Shown in pieces: positions 12,133-25,230 of a stretch of 64,000 nucleotides of DNA; the first letter of the stretch is position 1, and each line of letters begins with the position of its first letter. The notes below the pieces were generated by a model that saw nothing but the letters and a program-made list of their open reading frames with translations, made no database searches and had not been told where the DNA came from. The position numbers and the translations under genes are program-made. Source of the DNA: Octopus sinensis (lineage: Eukaryota). The stretch lies in NCBI RefSeq assembly GCF_006345805.1, contig NC_043011.1, positions 3,906,001 through 3,970,000 on the forward strand, in the 5' to 3' direction.

Positions 12133-12382
12133 GGAAGCTTTATGAAAATAGACAAAAGACGAAGGCAGGTTTACGGAAATAAACAAATGACGAAGGCAGG
12201 TGGAATACAAACAAACAATTGTATTAGTATGGCGCTCAGGAAATATAAATAAAACAAGTCTTTAACGTTTCGAGCCTACGCTCTTCAACAGAAAGATACA
12301 CAGAGAAGAAACACAGAAAGAAGGAGAGAAAAAAAATGCGTGCAGAGGCTAGCGAATCAACATGGCGATCTGATTTCGGCCA
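12130..12382 (-). mobile_element. TA-embedded element with hammerhead-like motif (core CTGTTGA)
   Basis: TCTTT CTGTTGA A GAGC-GTAG-GCTC GAAA CG TT AAAGA at 12296-12259. Confidence 0.7.
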
Positions 12383-12634
12383 TATATATATATATATGCA
12401 TGAATATATATGTATATATATACATATATACATAAAATATATATATATATGTATGTATGTATATATTTATGTATATATGTATGACAGTGGACATGAGTTA
12501 ACATAAAATAAAAACAGTAATAAGTAAGTGAAGAAAAATATATAGTGTGTGTGTTTATTTGGTTAAAGGAAAAATGACCATACATACATATATACATACA
12601 TACATATATATGTGTATGTATACATATACATATA

Positions 12635-12701
<67 letters not shown>

Positions 12702-13086
12702 TATATATAATAATATATATACATATAATATATATATATATATGTATGTATGTATATATTTATGTATATATGTATGACAGTGGACATGAGTTAACATGAT
12801 AAAATAAAAACTAATAAGTGAAGAAAAATGATATAGTTTGTATGTTTATTTGGTTAAAGGAAAAAATGACCATACATACACATATATGTGTGTATGTATA
12901 CATACATGCATACGTACATATATACATATATTTATGCATACTTATAGGTTTTTTGTATACTTGCTTCTATATGTGCCTATATAGGTACATGTGTGTGTCT
13001 GTTAGCATGCATGTGCATGTATAATACAAATATATATATATATGTACATTCATATTCATGTCTATCCATGTTTTCGTATATATATG

Positions 13087-13131
<45 letters not shown>

Positions 13132-13529
13132 AAGACAGACAGAAGGAGCAGAGAACAAAACCACATCTATCATTCCTATATACAAAATATGCAGCACACA
13201 TACATGCACACAAGCACACACATGGACATAGATGCAGGGAGATGTGGAGCCCCTGCATTAGACTGTTGTTGCTTTCATTAATTGCATCTATTGCAATATT
13301 CTGTAATCAGCAAATCTTATCAGTTGTGGATCTCAACTATAACTCACTGTGATTTATATTGTATATCAAATTCTTAAAGAGGAAAATATTTACAAAGACA
13401 ATAGATATATATATGTGTATATTTACATATATATATATATATGGATATTATATATGTATATATATATACTTAATTTATAGGTGCATAGATATAACATATA
13501 CATATATATATACACACACATATATATAC

Positions 13530-13584
<55 letters not shown>

Positions 13585-13631
13585 ATGTGCCTATAAATTA
13601 TGTGTATATATATAACACATACACAAATATA

Positions 13632-14270
13632 CACTGGGTGTGGTGAATGTATTATCATCTAAATTATGCAAAAATGAAAATAATACTGACATCTCATTTT
13701 GATAGATATATTTACCAAAATTACATTAAAATAGTTTGAAATATTAACGAGTAAATTTATTCAATAAAAATTGCCATTAGCTTCAACCACAGCCTCCAGA
13801 CGACCTCAGAATCTCCTGCAACTATTCTGGATGGTCTCCTTGTTTAAGTTGGTGAATGCTGCCATAATCCTTGCCTTCATGTCATTTTCAGAGTTACAAG
13901 GGGTTTTGTTGGTCTCTCACCCCACTGCACCCCACACATAATAATCAACAGGGTTGTAGTCTGGAGAGTTAGATGGCCTGAATTTAGTGGTGATGGGGTC
14001 GCAGAAATTGTCTGATAGTCATGACTAGGTTCTCCTGCTTGTGTGGCATGGTACAGAGTCCTGTTGCCAGACATAGGTCTTTCAGCAGTAACTCTCTTGA
14101 CCCAGGGCAAGACTAGCTCTTCCAGGCACTTGATGTAGGCCCTGTTTTGATTCTGAGGAGATGTGGGAAGATGAATGGGGGCATAACGTTGCCATCACTA
14201 GTGATCACTCCAAAAACCATGATGTTGACTGGAAGTTTGGTTTTTATTGCTCTCAGTATATATCCTCAGA
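13632..14270 (-). mobile_element. Decayed Tc1/mariner transposon, DD37D (maT)-like catalytic region
   Basis: MVFGVITSDGNVMPPFIF...WQQDSVPCH...SPDYNPVDYYVWGAV...RLEAVVEANG, with stops; element ends are approximate. Confidence 0.8.
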
Positions 14271-14559
14271 TTGCACTGTCCTCACATTGACGCCCAAACA
14301 TTCTGAAATCTTCATATTGGAGCTTCCAGCATGAATACCAAGCATGTCATTTCCAAATTTCTGGCAGAGTGAATTGCATCATGGTGGTGTTTTTCTCACA
14401 GACGGTACCCAACTGACCCTACTATAGTATGTAGTCAACAAAATCAAAAACAATGCACGTGCACAAAATTAAGAATATGAAATAGTTACAATTTACCTAT
14501 TGCATCCAGTGTGTGTGCGTGTGTGTATTTAAAGATAAGTTAAATAGAGGGATAATATT

Positions 14560-15076
14560 GACAATCCAATAATTTATTTATATTATGATATTGCATGGTA
14601 TACTATGAATATAATATAACATAAACAATTATGAAAAACTAACAAATTGTTTCAACTTATATACATTTTCTAATATACATACACAATAACAGTTCCCTTA
14701 TGTATAAGTCACTTCAGGGTAATGGTTTAAAGATAGACGTTTTTTACAATCCAACCCTCCTTTCACACGGAATTTCGTCTATCTTTAAACCCTTACCCTG
14801 AAGTGACTTATACATAAGGGAACTGTTATTGTGTACGTATATCAGAAAATGTATATAAGTCGAAACAATTAACAATATTATGTTATATTATATTCATAGT
14901 ATATCATGTAATATTATAATATAGATAAATTATTTGATTTTCAATAGTATCTCGCTATTTGATTTATTTTTGTAATTGCATTATATCAATATTTATATGG
15001 TATTCAACTGATGTATCAGTGAACTGGATGTTTAACACACTCCTTTGAAGGATCTCTTTTCTTCAGTTTTCTACTT

Positions 15077-15080
<4 letters not shown>
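14560..15080. repeat. Fold-back repeat with long inverted arms and a degenerate hammerhead-like motif
   Basis: Arms about 14560-14739 and 14776-14945; CTGAAGT GACTTATA...TATAAGTC GAAAC at 14798-14866. Confidence 0.75.
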
Positions 15081-15109
<29 letters not shown>

Positions 15110-15171
15110 CAAACACAGAGAGAGAGATGCGTACATACATACATATATAAATAAATATAAATACAAGTAAA

Positions 15172-15209
<38 letters not shown>

Positions 15210-16739
15210 TTATATATGCATTATACACAAAAGGAGGAATTTCGATTATCCCCACGTGGTGAGTTATAATGCAAAATATATATAAAAATAAAAGAAGGAA
15301 AATGCACACACTTTAACATAGTTTTAATATATCTTTTAATATATTTTATATTGCGTTTGTCTACCAGTTTCACTTTTGCTAATCATGACAATGAAATTAT
15401 TGTAATTTTGTATTTTCTTAAGAAGATTTTAGTCCATGTTGTGTGTGTAGAAGTTTAGGAATGAATTATTCAACAAATAGAAAAATCTAAGGGGTGGTAA
15501 TTGGTGATTGTTATTATTGGGAACAGGGGAGGTAATTATTCATCTTTTGGGGAGGGAATAAATATGCAAAAATACAAAAGTAGTGAGAAGAAACATGTAC
15601 AGTCACGGGTATGTGATCATGAATTAAAATATACGCTGAGATCAAAGTTGGTTATGCGTTCATATTTAGACATGTTCTGTATTTTCCGATGGACATTTTT
15701 TTTTTATTTAAATGTTCTTGTATAGAAATTGTTTCTTTGGACTGGTAGATGGGGAAAACTGTGAGTTTTGGTTAGATACTACCTGCACATCTCTTTATGT
15801 GTTCATAAAATATATGATTATGCAGATATCTGTATAAATACACATAAACAAATATAAATAAATATAGATATGTGTGCGTGTGTTTGTGTGTGTGTGTGTG
15901 TTTGTGTGTGTGTTTGTGTGTGTGTTTGTGTGTGTGTGTTGTTTGTGTGTGTGTGTGTGTGTTTATTCCCACTTTCTCACTGTAATTGATATTTACCCTG
16001 CTCGAATATATATTGTAGCTACTGATTTGAAGCAAATCTAAAACAGATTTGTTGTATTTTAAAGTTTGATGTTTGTTAACTTAATTATGTGTAGTTGCAG
16101 CTGTTGCTATTAATATTCTATTGTTATTGTTGACAAAGATATAATAGTTATCATTGTCGTGGTTACTCTTTGTCTAGTTTCTATTGCTAGCAGCATTTTT
16201 GCTGATGCTATAATTATTGTTCTTGTTGCCATTTATGCAGCTGAGAGTCTTCATTTACAATGTAGTCCATAATAGAGCTACTCTAGCTTGACAGTGTCTG
16301 TGAAGCTTCTGCTTGCTCACCTTCATTTGCCAACAGCAAGCAAGCTGACACTTTGAAGTCACTATCAACTTTTTTCCTTGTAAAAATTTATTAAACGTTT
16401 ATTAAACTCTACTAAAATTATTAAGGAATCCTCCAGTGCCCTGTTAATTTTTTAAATAACTGACAATAATATGCACAATCACACGCACACACACACACAC
16501 TCACACACACACACACTCACACACACACATAAAGGAAATAGCGATATTTTGAAATCTATCTTTTTAATATGTACATTTCAGGTTTGTGTAAAACAATGAT
16601 AGGAAATGCATTATGTTAACCTTCCTCAAGTAAAGTTTCAAAATAGAAAGAAACTGCTGGAAAAATTTCAATATATATATATGTTACAGAGATGTACTTG
16701 CATAGCAAGTGATTTGATCTGAGATCGTGTGCTGGAACG

Positions 16740-16931
16740 AAAACAATTGCAGCGTGGAAGGTGTTTGTAAGCCATTTAAGAAACACACAAAAGCCGTTTG
16801 ATTCACTTCAACATTTAAGTTATAGCGACGAAAATATTTTGACAAATTAAACTTAAATGTTGAAGTGAATCTAACGGCTTTTGTGTGTTACTTAAATGGC
16901 TTATAAACACCTTCCACGCTGCAATTGTTTT
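16740..16931. repeat. Fold-back repeat with ~83-bp inverted arms
   Basis: aaaacaattgcagcgtggaaggtgttt...cttcaacatttaagtt is inverted at 16850-16931. Confidence 0.9.
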
Positions 16932-17089
16932 TATATATATATGGCTAGTCCAATAAGTTGGCCACTAAGTTATGAGGACAGATAGGCATACAAAGGGTGA
17001 GAGAGAAACAGAGAGAGAGAGAGGGGGGAAGAGAGAGAAAGGAAAGAGGAAAAAGGTAAAGAAGAATGTGTCTTGAGTGATTTCCATGC

Positions 17090-17480
17090 GGATTGCTTGT
17101 GATGCCCCTCCAGTACCTTGGGGATGAATTTTACCAACACTCTCTACACCCACATATCCTCTTCTAAAAGGGACTGCACGAATTTTGTGTTTATTCCCAC
17201 TTCGTAAGCAATTTCCTGGATTGTTATATGACAGTCTTCCATGACTATTCACCAAACCCTCTCAATTGGTTCTCTGTTGTAGCTTGTGGATGGCCTGGCT
17301 GAGCATGCCTTGCTTTCTACTGAGATGCAACTATGTTTCAAGCAGTTGTATCACTCCTTGATCTGAGTTTTACCCTTGGCATCATTGTCAAAAGCCTGCA
17401 GAATATCCAGGATGGTTTGAGCTTGAGTGTCACCAAGCTTTTGGCAAAACTTGAAACAATATCCCTGCTTGATGCAGTCT
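17090..17480 (-). mobile_element. Decayed mariner transposase N-terminal HTH region
   Basis: MTDCIKQGYCFKFCQKLGDTQAQTI...QAFDND...TQIKE*YNCLK...ARPSTS...VKFIPK. Confidence 0.8.
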
Positions 17481-17794
17481 GTCATCTTGCATGAAGATCA
17501 AAATCTCACGATTGCATGCTGCACATCAGTACTCTAGCTATTCTTCCATCTTGTTGCATTGTGTTCTTGGGCAAAACTCTCACATTGCTCTGCAATCACA
17601 TTGAAACCTGATATGTGTACCTGTTCAGGCAACATCAATATGATGGAGGGAGTGAACTAATGTATGGCACATATTTGATCCCTATAAGCAAGTCATTTGT
17701 GCAGGTCATTTGGCAAATTTTTTTAATGATTGAGTCCGAGTCCAATATATATATATATATATATATATACATACACATATATATATATATGTAT

Positions 17795-18036
17795 CATCAT
17801 CATCATCATCATTTAGCGTCCGCTTTCCATGCTATCATGGGTTGGACGGTTCAACTGGGGTCTGGGAAGCCAGAAGGCTGCATCAGGCCCAGTCTGATCT
17901 GGCAGTGTTTCTACGGCTGGATGCCCTTCCTGACGCCAACCACTCTGTGAGTGTAGTGGGTGCTTTTTACGTGCCACCCGCACAGGTGCCAGATGGAGCT
18001 GGCAAACGGCCACGGACGGATGGTGCTTTTTACGTG
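17795..18036 (-). mobile_element. (GAT)n-tailed SINE-like element
   Basis: Same family as 11876-12097. Confidence 0.85.
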
Positions 18037-18075
18037 ACCTATATATATATATATGCATATATATATATATATGCA

Positions 18076-18127
<52 letters not shown>

Positions 18128-18286
18128 GTATATATATAACAAAAAATACATATAGAGAAAATTACATTTATATTATAGAATTCACCATAATGTTGACAAC
18201 TGTTTCAATTGTATCAATTCATGTCCGAATACACACACACACACATATATATACATACATACACACAACGCACACATATACACCAC

Positions 18287-18317
<31 letters not shown>

Positions 18318-18366
18318 ATATATTATATATATATACATACATATGTACATATATATATTATATAGT

Positions 18367-18620
<254 letters not shown>

Positions 18621-19023
18621 TTGTATTACTTTATTTAATTTGGTTAAATTGAAGATTTCTTTCAAATTCAATATATGATACAAATATAATTTTACATTCT
18701 TTTGTTCCATACTCATCACAACAACTGTTTCAACTTACACAAGATACTTTCAAGTGCAACATATGAGTTTTGAAAATATTTTCATACAACAATGCTGTTT
18801 GATCTTTTAGCCATTGCTCCCCTTAAATCAAAAATATTATAATGATGTGTGTTCATCAATAAAAAATATAAAATTTCCAAAAACCAAAAAGATTTAGAAG
18901 AGTATCTATATATATATGCATTTGCATGTATATATTTGCATGTATATATGTGTGTACATGCATGCATCATATGTAAATGCACATATACATCTATAGAGAA
19001 TGACAGGTAGATTGATATACATA

Positions 19024-19322
19024 TCAAGATATATATAAAAGTGAAGTTGTGTGTCTGTCTCCTATGATTTAGATTTCTAACTACTCCCACATTTTGCAGT
19101 GCAGTTTAACCAAAAGCAGGTATCTTATAGTCGGGATTCATATCGAGCCTTTCTGGGTATTAGCGCGTGTCTACGATGAGTCTACAATAAAAAAAAAAAA
19201 TTACCGTCATTTTTTCCCATTTTTAATGCATTTTTGCTATTACATAAGGGAAGTAACTCTCTAAAAATGCTTATATAGTTATTTCCCTTACAAACCCGAG
19301 CAACGCCGGGCAATACTGCTAG
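19024..19322 (+). mobile_element. Non-autonomous Helitron
   Basis: tatataaaagtgaagttgtgtg start; 3' hairpin cccgagcaacgccggg followed by CTAG|T. Confidence 0.85.
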
Positions 19323-19627
19323 TCAAGATATAAAGAGATAAATAGACTTATATAAAGGGAGGCAGAGAATTAGGCAACCATACAGACAAACAGATATATG
19401 TGCTTCCTTTAACAGTGTGTTCAGAATTACATTTCTTATGATAGAGTATTGAGAAAAATGCTCTTGATTATTCAGTTGCTACTCTGAAACTTTAAGCAAT
19501 ACAAAACTGGATGAAAGGGAAAATACAAATAAAAAAAATTCAAGATGTTTTGAGCACTATTTTCTTGCTCAGTCTGTCTATCTGTCTGTCTCACTTTATC
19601 TCTCTCTCTTTTCTTCTCCTCTTTCTC

Positions 19628-19830
<203 letters not shown>

Positions 19831-20400
19831 ACATGCATATCTATAAATATACACGTACATCTCTATATATACATCTCTCTTTCTCTCTCTATATATAATA
19901 TAAACATACATACATATCTATATATGCATATTGTGTTCAACATATTTTCGATGTCATGTACCCATATATGCATGTATATATACATATAGATGTAGGTATG
20001 TACATATATGTATATATGCATATATTTATATATTATTTATATTATTTTATGATTGAACGCCTCGCATCCTTTTCCAAGTAAATATACATATACATATATA
20101 TACATACTTACATACATTCATACATACATACATACATACATATATATACACACATCTGTATCTATATGCATATATATATACACACACACACACACATACA
20201 TACATGCATACATACATGCATACATACATACATACATACATACATACATACAGACACGCATACATGCATACATTCATACATATATGTGTGTTTGTCCATG
20301 TATTTCACTGAAAATTTAAGCATGTTTGTGTAATTGTTGTATATCATTAGAAAAGCAAGGTTTGTTTAGATAAGAATTGAGATTGAATTAATTGTTCTTC

Positions 20401-20519
20401 TCAAGCAAAGAAGCCGGTATCTATACAATAATTAGCTTCCAAAGATAAAAGAAACTGTACAACAGGGATTCTAGCAATGAATGATGATTCGCTGATGATA
20501 TGTTCATTCACTTGTGTGG
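20401..20519 (-). CDS. Candidate terminal coding exon, product unknown
   Basis: Acceptor tttttcatttccag; single open frame TQVNEHIISESSFIARIPVVQFLLSLEANYCIDTGFFA*; no recognised homology. Confidence 0.15.
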
Positions 20520-20682
20520 CTGGAAATGAAAAAAAGGTGTTATATAATTAAGTTTTCATCAATTCAGTGATAAAGAAATTAAATCAATGAATGGGTATTT
20601 AGCCAAGTAGTAAACAGGAAAATTGAATGGAATATGTATTACAGAAGGTTAGAATACAGAAATTTGTTTGTTTGTGTGTGTT

Positions 20683-20722
<40 letters not shown>

Positions 20723-20899
20723 TGGGTGTCTGTCCGTGTGATGAGTGAATAAAAACAAAAAAGAACACAAAAGGGACAATTTACAACATAGGTGTTATTA
20801 ATCTGGAAAAGAAAAGAATCTTTAACATATGTGTGTGTGTGTGAACATGCACACACATACACTCACACACACATGTACATGTATGCATGTGTGCACACA

Positions 20900-20951
<52 letters not shown>

Positions 20952-20952
20952 A

Positions 20953-21101
20953 ATTGTACATATAGGAGAAACACGTAAGATATCTCCTGTTGCAAATTCT
21001 TCAGACAAAGGACCAAATAATACATTATTTGTATGATTTGATTCTCTGTCTGAAGAATTTCTAACAAGAGACATCTTACATATTTCTCATGTATGTACAA
21101 C
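20953..21101. repeat. Imperfect ~70-bp-arm hairpin
   Basis: gtaagatatctcctgttgcaaattcttcagaca pairs with tgtctgaagaatttctaacaagagacatcttac. Confidence 0.85.
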
Positions 21102-21593
21102 TTTGTAACTCCTGTTAGCAAATAAAACATGTGTGGTGATAAATAATTAAAATTAAAAACAACATTTTCCAATCTTCTGTTTTGATATATAATTACTCTG
21201 CAAAAAATATTTCCCAAACTGTTCAACTTTTATGTATATCTTACACAATTATAACATCTACATAGGAATTTGGAATACAAGAAAAGGCAGAAGGGCTTCA
21301 AGAGGAGACAACTTGGATTTGTACCCTATCTATATTACACACACACACATATATATAGATATATATATACTGTTGTGTCTGGGGAGAGACATTTTCTTTT
21401 TGTGCCATATAATTAGGCTTATAATATGCTTCAACACACGAACTCATATAAAGAATCAGGCAAGCCAAATCCAAAAACGAAATATATATATATATATCTG
21501 GCCTGCTCGCTTAGCCAGTGGGGTGGTGTCATTCAAAGGCTAAAACAATGCGAATGCATTGTGACCAGCGACATCTGATAGTCTGGTCAGTCA

Positions 21594-21599
<6 letters not shown>

Positions 21600-21648
<49 letters not shown>

Positions 21649-21655
21649 TATATAC

Positions 21656-21754
<99 letters not shown>

Positions 21755-21810
21755 TATACATTATATATATATATATGTGTATATATGTATATCTATACAT
21801 ATATATATAT
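21600..21810. repeat. (TA)n microsatellite
   Basis: Direct reading. Confidence 0.95.
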
Positions 21811-22320
21811 ATTAGTGGGGTGGATCTAAATTCACTTGTTTCTATCTTCTGCCTTCCAAACTCCTCTATGCTTCAATCCACTTGTCCATCATCCTTCATT
21901 ATATCAATGCAAACAACTCCACTTTGATCTCATCTATTTTTTGCATCAACACAGCTGGTAGAGTGTGAGCCATTGGCTTTTCTTAACTACTTGCACCATT
22001 CAGTCTCCTAGGCGCACATCCCTCGTACTACAAAATGCAAGACACTTTGAATAACGTAATTGTGCATAAGCAATATTTCCCTAAGAAGAAAAGCTTGGTC
22101 ATGGTCAAAAACCATTTGATCTTTTGTAAGGTCTGACCTGGATCAAAATATCAACTGCTACAACAAAACAATATCCAGCTTCTTGCAATACAGGTAAAGA
22201 ATACTGCTACAACTCAATGCTTTCACATTAAAACTTTAAATTATTTTATTTTGGTACAACGTTACAAATCTCTATGAGAGAAGCACTGTATATAATTGGC
22301 ATAACACTACTAACATACGT

Positions 22321-22704
22321 GGAGGTGCAATGGCCCAGTGGTTAGGGCAGCGGACTCACGGTCGTAAGATCGCGGTTTTGATTCTCAGGCCGGGCATTGT
22401 GAGTGTTTATTGAGCGAAAACACCTAAAAGCTCCACGAGGCTCCAGCAGGGATGGTGGTGATCCCTGCTGTACTCTTTCACCACAACTTTCTCTCACTCT
22501 TACTTCCTGTTTCTGTTGTACCTGTATTTCAAAGGGCCAACCTTGTCACTATCTGTGTCACACTGAATATCCCCGAGAACTACGTTAAGGGTACACGTAT
22601 CTGTGGAGTGCTCAGCTACTTACACGTTAATTTCACGAGCAGGCTGTTCCGTTGATCGGATCAACCGGAACCCTCGTCGTCGTAACCGACGGAGTGCTTC
22701 CACC
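22321..22704 (+). mobile_element. tRNA-derived SINE family B with 12-bp TSD
   Basis: A-box TGGCCCAGTGG and a B-box-like motif; TSD actaacatacgt at 22309-22320 and 22705-22716; second copy at 46291. Confidence 0.9.
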
Positions 22705-23870
22705 ACTAACATACGTAAAAGTATTTTATTGGCTTTGGTACCATATATAGCAATGTTCCCTCTGGTAGAATTTGAACTCAGAAAGTGAAGAAGCAAAGCT
22801 GAAAAAAATGAAAGGTATTTTTTTTCAAAATCCTCTATTGCGCTCTATTTCTGCCACTTCATTGCCTTTCTTCAAATATAGCAAACAAAAACAAAGCATT
22901 TAAAAAGGAAAGTTTTATAAATTTTCCTGATAAATCAGCCTCTGCATAAGTAGCTTCTGCATAATGGTTGGCAAGAATTATGCCATAATTAGGTCTTTTG
23001 TCTCTTTCTTTCCTACGAGAATAGCAATTCTTTCAAGTTAATGAAAATAGAATTACCATTTTGCTTTCATATGAATTTTCCAATTGGGAAATATTTCTTT
23101 TTATTAATGTTTATTCATTGATTGTAAAATTATGCAAGTTGGAGGCAGAGTAAAGGATGAAGGAAGGTTTATTTCACTTAGTAGCCATCATTTTCTTGGC
23201 AAATTGTTTAAATAAGAAACGGTTGTGTACTGAAGTTTAATTTAGAACTAGACTTGATTACTTTACTTTGTTTAGCTTAAAGCATTGTCACATTTATCAT
23301 TATAACAACAATAAATGCTCTGCGTATGTGTGTGTGTGTGCGTTTGCCACAAACAAATTAGGTTTTCTACATTGGGTAGAGTTCCAAGTAAGTGAGACAG
23401 ATAAGTGCAAATCTAAACTCTCTTGTTTAAGTGAAAATCTCTAAGTGAATAAGGATTTCTCCACAGCCTTATAATAATAGCTACAATAAGGCATTGACCA
23501 AGCAGCCAAATAAGGAAAAGATTTTATCTGTATGATAGGAGCAGAATAGCTAAATGAATAGGGTATAAGATTTTCTATTGACATGTCTACTCTGGCATTT
23601 ATTCAAAGATGGCTTGGTTAGCTTGAATGTTTAGTATAGGCAACAATTTGCACAAGATTGCAATTAATGACAATCTATCAAGTATACAACTTTTCTCATT
23701 TGTTTAATATAGTGAAACTGAAGATAAGTGTTAACACTTTAAAATCTTTCATGGCTTTGGAGGTGTTAGATGACCAGCAATGCACTGTGCCTACATACTT
23801 AAATGCTTTAAATACTTAAAGGCCCAGCCAAGCCGGAGTTACAGGTAGCTACCACAGAATTATGGCTCAC

Positions 23871-23901
23871 CATACAGAAATATCTTCATTTCAGAAGTAG
23901 A
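23871..23901 (-). CDS. Candidate 31-nt micro-exon
   Basis: ttttctaatatacag|TCTACT...TATG|gtgagc; single open frame STSEMKIFLY; phase-compatible with 20401-20519. Confidence 0.2.
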
Positions 23902-24155
23902 CTGTATATTAGAAAACGACATGTACAGGCTGACATACTGGTTCTTTTTCAATAAAACACTGAATGATGAACCAGTAATGGACATTGGTAGGGTTGCTCA
24001 ACCTGCTCATAATAACAGCTACTGGGATCACTGGGTATTTCAGATCTTAAAACATACACCCACATTCAATTGACCCAACATAGGTTGACCAAACTCATGT
24101 CCATGCCAAAGCAGCATTCTACTAACCACCACCAAACATCACTTCTTAACCAGAT

Positions 24156-24535
24156 CAGTGATTCTCAGCAGGAATCCATATGGGGCCCTTGGGAGTTCAT
24201 ACAAGATTTTATTGTTAAAATTTGTGCACAATAGGTAGCTTATATATCATCATCATCATACATCTGTTTTCCGTGTTGGCATGGGTTGGACAGTTTGATA
24301 GGAATTGGCCAGCCAGAGAGCTATTCAGACTCCAATTGTCTGTTTTGACATGGTTTCTACTGCTGGATGTCCTTCCTAATGCCATATGTATATTTTTAAT
24401 ACAATTCCTAATAATATTTAATTATAAAAATACAGAAGGAATTTTTTTATATTCACCGACTGGATATGGTGATCCAGTAGAGTAAAATAGGAATCAAAAA
24501 GATCCATTGGAGAAAAAAAATGTTGAGAACCACTG
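24156..24535 (+). mobile_element. hAT-type MITE containing a SINE fragment
   Basis: TIRs cagtgattctca / tgagaaccactg; 8-bp flanks aaccagat / atctagat. Confidence 0.7.
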
Positions 24536-24944
24536 ATCTAGATACTTTCTCAGCAGCCTTTGTGTTGTTCTTGTTGGCATTTCTTCTGCTCATTCTCTGA
24601 TGACCAGGGTTCCATAAGCTTTACTCAGGATACGACCTACAAACCCTTGACTGCTAACCTGCCCTGGCACCCTTCTCATTCTCTGCCCATCTTTGTGGGA
24701 GTCCTTTCTCATCTCCTGATTACTGAATATCTTTTTCTGGTGACGAATAGACTTGAAAATGAATAACAAAACCTTGTAAATCAATGATCTTACAGCTGCC
24801 AAATTCATGGGATTAGGTAAACGAGGGATTATCCATTTTGTTACAGACAACATTGCCATAAATACAGAAATTGTTTCTCAGCACTAATGTAGAATTCACT
24901 GAAAAATACATGTTTATAGGAGAAACACAAATTGAAAATGACAT

Positions 24945-25230
24945 AAGGTATGGCCGTGTGGTAACAAGGTTGCTTCCCAATCACATGGTTCCAGGTTCAG
25001 TCCCACTGTGTGGCACATGTGTGTGAGTGTTTGTGAGTGTGTGTGTTTGTGTTTGCATTTGTCCACCACCAACACTTGACAGCCAGTGTCGGTGTGTTTA
25101 TGTCCCTGTAACTCAGCAAAAGGAACCAAGTGAATGAGTATAGAAAAGAAAAGTACTGGGGCTGATTCCTTTGACTAAAGTTCTTCAAGCATGACAACGG
25201 CCTAAGGAATGAAATAAGTAAAAGGTAAAA
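24945..25230 (+). mobile_element. SINE family A, diverged
   Basis: ggccgtgtggtaac...ggttcagtcccactg head plus body. Confidence 0.8.

Noticed and set aside
18715-18757. Degenerate hammerhead-like string on minus (cttgaaag...aagttGAAACAGTTGTT)
   Set aside because: The core and stem II are too decayed to call from this copy alone.
20480-20512. ATGATGA...CTGA as a C/D box snoRNA
   Set aside because: The boxes are only 4 nt apart, far too short.
22321-22400. tRNA-like sequence (also 46291 and the SINE A heads)
   Set aside because: It continues into a SINE body with a TSD and has no complete cloverleaf.
24590-24859. 89-aa minus ORF or possible 93-nt exon
   Set aside because: It has no recognisable domain, and its length is within chance expectation.
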